From contig JBKEAJ010000005.1 of the NCBI GenBank assembly GCA_047972135.1, positions 11,798 to 35,797 on the forward strand: DNA of 24,000 bases, written 5' to 3'. The notes beneath the pieces are model-generated. The model saw only the letters and a list, made by a program, of their open reading frames with translations, did not search any database and was not told the origin of the DNA. The translations under genes were made by a program, and so were the position numbers. Position 1 is the first letter of the stretch, and each line of letters opens with the position of its first letter. Shown here piece after piece: positions 8,584-15,574 of this stretch. The DNA comes from Bacteroidales bacterium. Lineage in GTDB: Bacteria > Bacteroidota > Bacteroidia > Bacteroidales > Prolixibacteraceae.

Positions 8584-9183
8584 TTATTTCGGCTCTATGA
8601 TTGACCCGATGTAGTTCAATATTTCCTCGCGTCCTTCTTTTTTTAAAGATGAGGTCTGAAAACATGGTGGTAGCTCCTCCCATTCGTTTAATAATGCATC
8701 CTTGTAGATACTTATCTTCTCCTTGCATGCGGTTTTTGTCAGCTTGTCGGTCTTAGTAAAGATGATGGAGAAGGGGATTTGACTTTCGCCAAGCCATGTG
8801 ATAAATTCCATGTCTATGGGAAGTGGCGCATGTCTGCAATCTATCAATACAAATAGATTATAGAGATTTGGACGACTAAGAATATACTTCTCAATGAAAA
8901 ATTCCCACTTTTGACGCTCTTTTTTGGGAGCTTTGGCAAAACCATAACCTGGCAAATCCACTAAGTACCACTTATTGCCATTGATTCCAAAATGGTTTAT
9001 CAGCTGAGTTTTTCCCGGTCTAGAGGATATTTTTGCCAAATCACTCCTACGAGTAAGCATGTTTATAAGCGAAGATTTTCCCACATTAGACCTGCCGATA
9101 AATGCAAACTCGGGCCGGTCGGGAGTAGGACACTTTAATACATTGCTGTTGCTTATTATGAAATTGGCACTGACGATTTCCAT
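8584..9183 (-). CDS. engB: Ribosome biogenesis GTP-binding protein YihA/YsxC (EngB)
   Basis: P-loop [13 protein letters not shown]3 motif DLPGYG, G4 motif TKTDK. The ORF track extends to 9210, but the ATG at 9183 ([10 protein letters not shown]...) gives the usual EngB N-terminus. Confidence 0.9.
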   Translation of the reverse strand: MEIVSANFIISNSNVLKCPTPDRPEFAFIGRSNVGKSSLINMLTRRSDLAKISSRPGKTQLINHFGINGNKWYLVDLPGYGFAKAPKKERQKWEFFIEKYILSRPNLYNLFVLIDCRHAPLPIDMEFITWLGESQIPFSIIFTKTDKLTKTACKEKISIYKDALLNEWEELPPCFQTSSLKKEGREEILNYIGSIIEPK

Positions 9184-9343
9184 AGCACAAAAGTAGATAT
9201 TATTGTCCAATTAGAAGATAATTATATAGCTAAAAATAATTGGGGAATATCAATAGCTGTTAAGGTAGTTTTATACTGTTATCGTTTTTGCGTATTTGTG
9301 TAAATTTTGTAACTTCACGCTCTATAAATAATTAAAATAAGTC

Positions 9344-10501
9344 ATGAGAAATTTTGTATTTTATAATCCGGTGAAAATAATATTTGGTAAAGGAACAATA
9401 ACAAAACTGGAAGGAGAAATTCCAGTAGATAAAAGAGTCCTAATAACTTATGGAGGAGGCTCAGTTTTAAAGAATGGAGTGATGACGCAAGTACGTGAAG
9501 CACTGAAAAATCATATGTGCCTAGAATTTGGTGGAATTGAAGCTAATCCTAAATTTCATACTCTGATGAAAGCTGTTGAACTTGTAAAGCAAGAGAGTAT
9601 TGATATTATTCTTTCCGTTGGAGGCGGGTCGGTGCTTGACGGAACTAAATTTATCGCTGCTGCAACATACTACGAGGGTGAAGATGCTTACGATATTTGC
9701 CGAAAAGGTGCTAAGATTGAAAAAGCAGTGCCGATTTGTGATGTTATAACCCTTGCTGCCACAGGCTCGGAAATGAACTCCGGAGCAGTTGTCTCTAATG
9801 CTCAAACAAATGAGAAATTTGCATTCAATTCGCCATTGGTATTTCCAAAATTCTCTATTCTTGACCCCGAGACTCTGTTTTCTCTACCAAAAGAGCAAGT
9901 TGCCAATGGAATTGTTGATACATACGTTCACGTGATGGAGCAGTATCTGACAGTACCCGTAAATTCTCCTATACAAGATAGATATTCGGAAAGCCTGTTG
10001 CAGACCTTGATTGACGAGGCTGATACTTTGATGAGTGATGCCGAACCATCTTACGATTCTTATGCCAATTTTATGTGGGCGGCAACTTGTGCATTAAATG
10101 GTTACAATGCCGTAGGAGTGTGTTTCGACTGGGCAACTCATCAAATAGGACACGAGATTACAGCCTTGAAAGAGCTTGCTCATGCAAGAACCCTGGCAAT
10201 AGTTTTGCCCGGTGTATTAAGAACTTACAAGGAGCAGCGTCAAGAGAAATTATTGCAATATGCAAGTCGGGTGTGGGGTGTTAATACGGGAAATGCTGAC
10301 GCCGACATGGAAGAAGCTATAAACAAAACCGAACAGTTTTTCAATTCAGTAGGGATAGAGACAAAGCTACATAAGTATGGTTTCGACAGCTCTCTGGTAA
10401 CTGAAATCAGAGAACGTTTTGAGAAACGCAAGCAGGAATTTGTTGGCGGCATGCAAGTAAAAATCTCAGATATAGATAAAATATTTGAAAGTCAACTTTG
10501 A
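9344..10501 (+). CDS. yqhD: Iron-containing (group III) alcohol dehydrogenase, YqhD/BdhA-like
   Basis: Collinear similarity to E. coli YqhD as I recall it: RVLITYGGGSV, EFGGIEANP, VGGGSVLDGTKFIAAA, LAATGSEMN, DWATHQIGHE. Confidence 0.88.
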   Translation: MRNFVFYNPVKIIFGKGTITKLEGEIPVDKRVLITYGGGSVLKNGVMTQVREALKNHMCLEFGGIEANPKFHTLMKAVELVKQESIDIILSVGGGSVLDGTKFIAAATYYEGEDAYDICRKGAKIEKAVPICDVITLAATGSEMNSGAVVSNAQTNEKFAFNSPLVFPKFSILDPETLFSLPKEQVANGIVDTYVHVMEQYLTVPVNSPIQDRYSESLLQTLIDEADTLMSDAEPSYDSYANFMWAATCALNGYNAVGVCFDWATHQIGHEITALKELAHARTLAIVLPGVLRTYKEQRQEKLLQYASRVWGVNTGNADADMEEAINKTEQFFNSVGIETKLHKYGFDSSLVTEIRERFEKRKQEFVGGMQVKISDIDKIFESQL

Positions 10502-11595
10502 TATAAGTCTAATACTTGTTTCGTAAGTGTCTTACTATCAAAGCGTTTTATGTTTTCTTCGCCTTTGCGGATAAGCTCCTCGCGAAGTGTACTGTCGGAA
10601 TATAGTTTGTCTATGGCTTCGGTAAGGCTTTCTGGGTTGTGAGGATTGATGTAGATAGCTGCATCTCCTCCTGCTTCTTCAAAACATCCTCCTTCGGAGG
10701 TGATTATAGGAGCATTGTGGCATTGAGCCTCTACAATCGGTAGCCCGAAACCTTCGTGAAAGGATGGCAGTATGACCATCGAGCAGTTCTTGTACAAGCC
10801 TACGATGCTTTCGTTGTCGAGGTCATGAAGAATGTGTATACGCTCGCTTAGGTTCAGATTATCAGCTAATTCCATAATGGACTTCGTGTGTCCCGATTTT
10901 CTGCCTGCAATAAGCAAATGATGTTTTTCGTCCGTTTGTTTTATGGCTCTTAGTATAGCTTCGATATTCTTGTGCGGCTCGATAGCTCCAACATATAGTA
11001 AATAATTCTCAGGAAGTCCAAGTTCTCTTATCTTAGAACCATGGATGTTCATTTCTTCGGCATTGCGATGTATTGTTGTTACTGCCTGATAGATTACGGA
11101 TATTTTGTGAGCAGGAACTTTTAGCAAAGTTATCAAATCTTCTTTGGTCTGCTTGCTGACGGCTATGATATGGTCTGCATTTGTGCAGGCCTCGCTAATT
11201 TTTTTGTTGTTAAGGAATTTGTCGACAGCACCACTGCCTCCTTTTTCTTTCATAAACGCCAAATCATGAATGGTTACAATGCGTTTGCACTTGCTGTCCT
11301 TGATTATTGGCAACTCATTGGCTAGACCATGGAAAACCTCAATGCTCTCATTGTCAACGTGTTTGCAGATTTGTTTCTTCCAATAATTATCAAGCTTACT
11401 CAACATTCCTTCCGGCTCAATGATTTCCACGTCGCTGTAATTTGCGTAAAGTTCGTAGTCGTTTGTACTAGGAGTGAATAGTGTGTACTGATTATCAGGA
11501 TGCTGCATACGCATGGCATTTATTAGTGTTCTACTGTAGCTTCCTAATCCGCGAGAATTACAAAATGCACTGTGTGCGTAATATCCTATTTTCAT
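10492..11595 (-). CDS. Glycosyltransferase family 4 (GT-B, group 1)
   Basis: C-terminal GT1/GT4 motif ILPSFHEGFGLPIVEAQCHNAPIITSEGGCFEEAGGDAAIYINP. N-terminal GT4-type domain. Confidence 0.85.
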   Translation of the reverse strand: MKIGYYAHSAFCNSRGLGSYSRTLINAMRMQHPDNQYTLFTPSTNDYELYANYSDVEIIEPEGMLSKLDNYWKKQICKHVDNESIEVFHGLANELPIIKDSKCKRIVTIHDLAFMKEKGGSGAVDKFLNNKKISEACTNADHIIAVSKQTKEDLITLLKVPAHKISVIYQAVTTIHRNAEEMNIHGSKIRELGLPENYLLYVGAIEPHKNIEAILRAIKQTDEKHHLLIAGRKSGHTKSIMELADNLNLSERIHILHDLDNESIVGLYKNCSMVILPSFHEGFGLPIVEAQCHNAPIITSEGGCFEEAGGDAAIYINPHNPESLTEAIDKLYSDSTLREELIRKGEENIKRFDSKTLTKQVLDLYQS

Positions 11596-11740
11596 GTGTT
11601 TATATTTTATGCAATGGGCTGTATGCTATAGTCTTTATGCTTTTGTGGCCACTGACTTCTCATCTTGCAAAGTTAGTCTTATTGACGAAAAAACAATGTA
11701 AATTTGAATTTAAATGAATATATTGTATTTCTAAAATACT

Positions 11741-11748
11741 TACATTTG
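11741..11748 (+). promoter_or_regulatory. Candidate -7 promoter box (TACATTTG) for the DUF1266 lipoprotein gene
   Basis: Fits TAnnTTTG, ~138 nt upstream of the ATG at 11886. Followed by TGCCGAAA, which is shared with the box at 12755. Confidence 0.45.
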
Positions 11749-11885
11749 TGCCGAAAATATATAGACGGAAATGTGCAGAGTTATTGTTGATGGATTGCGA
11801 GAACAAGAGGAAGATTAAAAATAGAGATAAATATATCGGCAAATTAAATAAATTTAAATATTTACAATCAATTAAAGTTAGAAAA

Positions 11886-12572
11886 ATGAAAATGGTTATT
11901 TTTAAAAAGTCAGTAGTTATGCTTCTTTTAGGAGTATTGGTTTTTACTTCTTGTGGTGGAGCTAAGAAAGGTGGAGATGGCAAAGAACCTAAAGAAGCTG
12001 CGAAAGCTCCTGAGAGTAAGACTATTCAAGACGATGAGTTGAAGTCGTTTATGTTGGGAGGTATTTATTTTGTGCATGGTTTTGGTGGGAAAGCTAAGTT
12101 TGACGGAATGATTACCCAAAATGGCAAGTCTCCAAAAGATGTACATGAAGCTGCTAAGTTTTATCTTATATTTCCCTTTGAGCAAGGGCAAGCAGGCGTT
12201 AAAGAAATGCTAAGTGGAATGTGGGAAATCAATAACAAAGAAGAGTTGTTGTCAACTTTAGGCGAATTGAAAGCACATTCTTTGGAATCGTGCTATACTA
12301 AATCATGGGACTATGCTCGTTATATAAATCTTACTTGTTTGGGATATGCTGCCAACTATATTACCAAGGAAGAGGGTAAAAGAATGGCAGCCGAAATATT
12401 GCTGCTAGCTCAAGCAGATTATAAAAACTGGGACGAGTATTATGCTGATTTTGTTAAAGGTCGCAACGAGTGGGATGCAGAAGAAACTCAAGAAAAAAAA
12501 GATTTTAATGAGCTTGCAAGTACTATTACTAAAGGAGAGAACAATGTATATGCTCTTTTTCCTCTGAATTAG
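11886..12572 (+). CDS. DUF1266-domain lipoprotein
   Basis: Lipoprotein signal MKMVIFKKSVVMLLLGVLVFTSCGG. SWDYARYINLTCLGYAANYITKEEGKRMAAE...NWDEYYADFVKGRNEW matches the DUF1266 pattern as I recall it. The ORF-track start at 11748 lies in the AT-rich leader and is unlikely. Confidence 0.75.
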   Translation: MKMVIFKKSVVMLLLGVLVFTSCGGAKKGGDGKEPKEAAKAPESKTIQDDELKSFMLGGIYFVHGFGGKAKFDGMITQNGKSPKDVHEAAKFYLIFPFEQGQAGVKEMLSGMWEINNKEELLSTLGELKAHSLESCYTKSWDYARYINLTCLGYAANYITKEEGKRMAAEILLLAQADYKNWDEYYADFVKGRNEWDAEETQEKKDFNELASTITKGENNVYALFPLN

Positions 12573-12595
12573 AGGCGTATCGTTTTTTTTTAAAG

Positions 12596-12631
12596 AAAGG
12601 GTGTTTCGGCTGGTTCGGGACACCCTTTTTT
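12596..12631 (+). terminator. Rho-independent terminator after the DUF1266 gene
   Basis: Stem aaagggtgt (12596-12604) / acacccttt (12620-12628) running into a T run. Confidence 0.75.
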
Positions 12632-12754
12632 CGAGAGCACAGCCTTCATTTGCTCTAAGTATCCTTCTTGTGGCTAGGATTGATATATTTTTTATTATGC
12701 GTTATTTTTGTGTAAAATATATCTGTAAATATGTTTTTATGTGGATGTTTTATC

Positions 12755-12762
12755 TATCTTTG
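12755..12762 (+). promoter_or_regulatory. Candidate -7 promoter box (TATCTTTG) for the 12833 lipoprotein gene
   Basis: Fits TAnnTTTG, ~70 nt upstream of the ATG at 12833. The 12-mer TTTGTGCCGAAA (12759-12770) is identical to 11745-11756. Confidence 0.45.
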
Positions 12763-12832
12763 TGCCGAAACTATAGTATGAGGTAGCCGAAAATCATATA
12801 GAGTAGGCAATTTAAACAAAGTGAGTAATAGA

Positions 12833-13495
12833 ATGAAAAAGTTATTGAAATTATTGCCAATGTTCTTATTGGTAGGTATGTTGGCAACAAGTTGTTCAAG
12901 TGATGATGATGACAATGGAGGTATTGGTGCAGGTACTCTTAAAATTGGAAATCAAAGTCAGTCTTTGATTTCAGGTTCTCTTGTGTGCGAAGATACTCTG
13001 ACTATCAACAATGCTACGGTATACAAATTTGAGTTGGGTCTTGTTTCGGCAGGTGCAAAATGGTCTGAAACATCTAAAGAATTCATTCCTGATGGAACGC
13101 CTACAGAAGCAGCCGAAGTGTCTTTCTCTCTGTATTCTTCAAGTAATGACGGTCTAGTTGATGGAGCTTATAGTTGCGCAGATTATAAATCTGAGAATTA
13201 TTGCGCAGCCAAGACTTATTCTTCGAGTGATGCTAGTATTTATACTAATCTTAGTGATTACGAAAACGATGAGGATGGCGACTTATCTCCAACAAAAGGT
13301 GATGATGCATTTACTACAAATGAGTTGGGACTCACTGGAGAACTTACAGTAACGAAAGCTGGCGAAGCTTACACCTTTGCTTATTCAGGAAAAGCAACTG
13401 TAAAGTATAGAGAGGTTGCATCAGACTCTGTAAAATCTAAAGTAGTAGAAAATGTAACAATCTCTTATACAGGGTTGTTGAATGTTGTGAAGTAA
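12833..13495 (+). CDS. Hypothetical lipoprotein
   Basis: MKKLLKLLPMFLLVGMLATSCSSDDDDNGG is a lipoprotein signal plus an acidic, Bacteroidota surface-export-like stretch. No family recognised. The ORF track uses a GTG at 12821; the ATG at 12833 is more likely. Confidence 0.7.
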   Translation: MKKLLKLLPMFLLVGMLATSCSSDDDDNGGIGAGTLKIGNQSQSLISGSLVCEDTLTINNATVYKFELGLVSAGAKWSETSKEFIPDGTPTEAAEVSFSLYSSSNDGLVDGAYSCADYKSENYCAAKTYSSSDASIYTNLSDYENDEDGDLSPTKGDDAFTTNELGLTGELTVTKAGEAYTFAYSGKATVKYREVASDSVKSKVVENVTISYTGLLNVVK

Positions 13496-13516
13496 GTAAG
13501 TACAGACATTACTAAG

Positions 13517-13547
13517 AAACCGATGCTCCATACGAGTATCGGTTTTT
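13517..13547 (+). terminator. Rho-independent terminator after the lipoprotein gene
   Basis: Stem aaaccgatgctc / gagtatcggttt with loop catac, followed by ttttt. Confidence 0.75.
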
Positions 13548-13610
13548 GTATATGTAGGGGTTTAGTATATGACAAAATTGCAATACATATCAAGCACTGA
13601 AAGTGCGATA

Positions 13611-13700
13611 GCCATTGCTCGCATGCTCCTCGCAATGACGTTCGTGTATTGGTTGTTCGCTTATAGCCTAAAGCCTACGGCATATAGCTTGTATTTATAT
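13611..13700. repeat. Interspersed intergenic repeat copy
   Basis: The reverse complement of 13624-13643 (gaacgtcattgcgaggagca) is identical to 14871-14890. The following gcttatagcctaaagcctacggcatatagctt belongs to the ataagc/tatagc motif group also seen at 651-730 and 15079-15115. Confidence 0.7.
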
Positions 13701-13791
13701 CATTACCGAGTCATTATTTTTTGTCATTGTACTAAGATAACAAACACTAAACTTCTAAACCAAACGTTATTACTACGATAATTAAATTTAT

Positions 13792-14538
13792 ATGATAGAT
13801 TTTCCCGCTAGATTTGTACTTTTCGATCAAGAAATTCTGTGGCACACCGTCTTGGAAGCACTAGGCATATTTCTGGGGATGCGATATTATTTCTATCTTA
13901 GAAGAAAGTCTTCCACCAGACTGCCATTCACAATATCTCTTTTTATTGTGATTGGGGCAACTGGTGGTGCTTTAATAGGCTCTAAGCTGATTGGCAACCT
14001 TGAACATCCTGAAATACTTTTCAATAATCCATTCTCACTCAAAAGATTTTGGATGAATAATACAATCATTGGCGGATTGTCCTTTGGTTTGATAGGCGTT
14101 GAGCTTATAAAGAAAGCTATCGGACACAAAGAAAGTACCGGCGATTTGATGGTCTTTCCACTTATGCTGGCAATGATAGTCGGGCGTGTAGGGTGCTTTG
14201 TTACAGGTGTTTACGAAGAAACTTATGGAGTGCCCACAAACTCAATCTTCGGGATGTACTTGGGAGACGAATATCGCCGTCACCCTGTTGCGCTATACGA
14301 AATAGTATTTCTGATTGTATTGTGGATTGCAATAGCTGTGTTTAAGAAAAAACATAAGTATGAGTCAGGGCGTTTGTTTCAGATATTTATGCTCTGTTAT
14401 TTTGGCTTTAGGTTTGTGTTAGACTTTATCAAACCCCGATACGAATTGTTTTGGAGTCTGGGAACTATTCAGATAGTTTGTATTGTTGTAATAATATACT
14501 ATCTTTACCTAATATTTATGAGAGACTCTAAGAAGTGA
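13792..14538 (+). CDS. Prolipoprotein diacylglyceryl transferase (Lgt) family integral membrane protein, short divergent form
   Basis: Polytopic membrane protein of 248 aa. Lgt-like blocks GRVGCFVTG (compare GRLGNFINGE in E. coli Lgt), RHPVALYE (compare RHPSQLYE), GFRFVLDFIKP (compare FRIIVEFFRQP) and GGLSFGLIG (compare GGMSFHGG). Confidence 0.8.
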   Translation: MIDFPARFVLFDQEILWHTVLEALGIFLGMRYYFYLRRKSSTRLPFTISLFIVIGATGGALIGSKLIGNLEHPEILFNNPFSLKRFWMNNTIIGGLSFGLIGVELIKKAIGHKESTGDLMVFPLMLAMIVGRVGCFVTGVYEETYGVPTNSIFGMYLGDEYRRHPVALYEIVFLIVLWIAIAVFKKKHKYESGRLFQIFMLCYFGFRFVLDFIKPRYELFWSLGTIQIVCIVVIIYYLYLIFMRDSKK

Positions 14539-14592
14539 GTTTGAGGAAGTGAAGGAGTTGTCATTTTTCGTAGTATAATAATACGTAATGTT

Positions 14593-14781
14593 ATGGTCGG
14601 ATTTGTACTATTAGTGCTTCTTGCACTATTTGTGTTTGGAAATATAATAGCAGGTGTGGTTAGTCTGGTATTACATCTTACGAATAAGAACTATTTTTCT
14701 ACAAAACAATATTTTATGCTTGTTTTTGTATTAATGCTGATAGGAGGAATTATTATAGGAGGAATTTGCTCTGGCATGTAG
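14593..14781 (+). CDS. Small two-helix membrane peptide (62 aa), paralog A
   Basis: Two hydrophobic helices separated by LTNKNYFSTKQY. The C-terminal half (KQYFMLVFVLMLIGGIIIGGICSGM) is conserved with the unlisted ORF at 15224-15400. Confidence 0.55.
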   Translation: MVGFVLLVLLALFVFGNIIAGVVSLVLHLTNKNYFSTKQYFMLVFVLMLIGGIIIGGICSGM

Positions 14782-14827
14782 TAAAATAATGTGCGAGCTG
14801 TTGATACTAAGATATTACAAGACTGTG

Positions 14828-15102
14828 ATGTTTAAGCGTTGAACCGTTTAAGCGTAACAGCCAAATACAGGAACGTCATTGCGAGGAGCAGGCGACGAAG
14901 CAATCTCCTGCAACAAAGAACAGATTGCCGCGATATCGCTCGCAATGACAGATGATTATGAATGAAACACAATTGTTTAGGCGTTGAATCGTTTAAGGTT
15001 TATAGTAAGAATTAACGAATTAATAATTAGACGACAAGGTAGTCCGTAGGACTTATATTTTAGTAGGAAAAAAGATAACAAAAGCATAAAGCCTATAGCT
15101 TA
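14828..15102. repeat. Composite intergenic repeat element between the two small-peptide genes
   Basis: Direct repeats gtttaagcgttgaaccgtttaag (14830-14852) and gtttaggcgttgaatcgtttaag (14975-14997), 21/23 identical. They flank a perfect 11-bp inverted repeat gtcattgcgag (14875-14885) / ctcgcaatgac (14939-14949). 15079-15102 matches 708-730. Confidence 0.75.
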
Positions 15103-15223
15103 CAGCTTATTGCAAAATTATAAACAGATGAATACAGCGATAATGCTTGGGTTTAGGGGAGATGGATTGGGTGGTCTTATATGGACTACTGACTAGTAGT
15201 TGTGAATATTAAAAAATGAAAGT

Positions 15224-15400
15224 ATGGTGAGTTTTGCTATGATTGTAGTACTATTTATAGTCTCAAATATCATTACATTGATAGTCAGAGCTATTTATAA
15301 TAGTGAAAAGGATAAGTGGCTTTTGCCAAAGCAATATTGGCTGATTGTCCTCGCATTAATGCTATTGGGTGGAATTATTAGCGGTATGTGCTATAATTAG
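15224..15400 (+). CDS. Small two-helix membrane peptide (58 aa), paralog B; below the ORF-track length cutoff
   Basis: My translation: MVSFAMIVVLFIVSNIITLIVRAIYNSEKDKWLLPKQYWLIVLALMLLGGIISGMCYN, ending at a stop codon. It aligns with the 14593 peptide: MV.F at the N-terminus, NII, KQY, LML.GGII, and a conserved C-proximal Cys. Confidence 0.5.
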   Translation: MVSFAMIVVLFIVSNIITLIVRAIYNSEKDKWLLPKQYWLIVLALMLLGGIISGMCYN

Positions 15401-15574
15401 TGCTTGTCCATAATGTCAAGAGTCTGAGATAGAAAGTTCATGATTAAGGCTTGCGAAACTTTGTGAAGTAGGAGTTTACTCGTGTAAATGATTAATACGC
15501 AAAGTGAGTGTAACACAGATATTGGACTTTGTAGACGGAATCTAATTAGTAATCAATAAATTAAATAATATATT

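Noticed and set aside
11660-11983. 107-aa minus-strand ORF spanning the GT4/DUF1266 intergenic region.
   Set aside because: AT-rich, low-complexity translation that overlaps the promoter, the leader and the start of the DUF1266 gene. Spurious.
13569-13781. 70-aa plus-strand ORF upstream of the Lgt-family gene.
   Set aside because: It is composed largely of the interspersed repeat copy (13611-13700) and AT-rich spacer, and it starts right after a terminator. Likely spurious.
15128-15196. 22-aa ORF (MNTAIMLGFRGDGLGGLIWTTD) following the repeat block whose counterpart at 708-730 precedes the PP2C ATG at 742.
   Set aside because: The shared sequence is the repeat module, not a coding region. 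The ORF has no supporting features.
15488-15559. 23-aa ORF (MINTQSECNTDIGLCRRNLISNQ) ending 15 nt before the radical SAM start. Considered as a RiPP precursor.
   Set aside because: It is very short, has no paralog or recognisable leader/core organisation, and the rSAM lacks a SPASM or RRE-type domain. It cannot be supported from sequence alone. Worth checking only if conserved in homologous loci.
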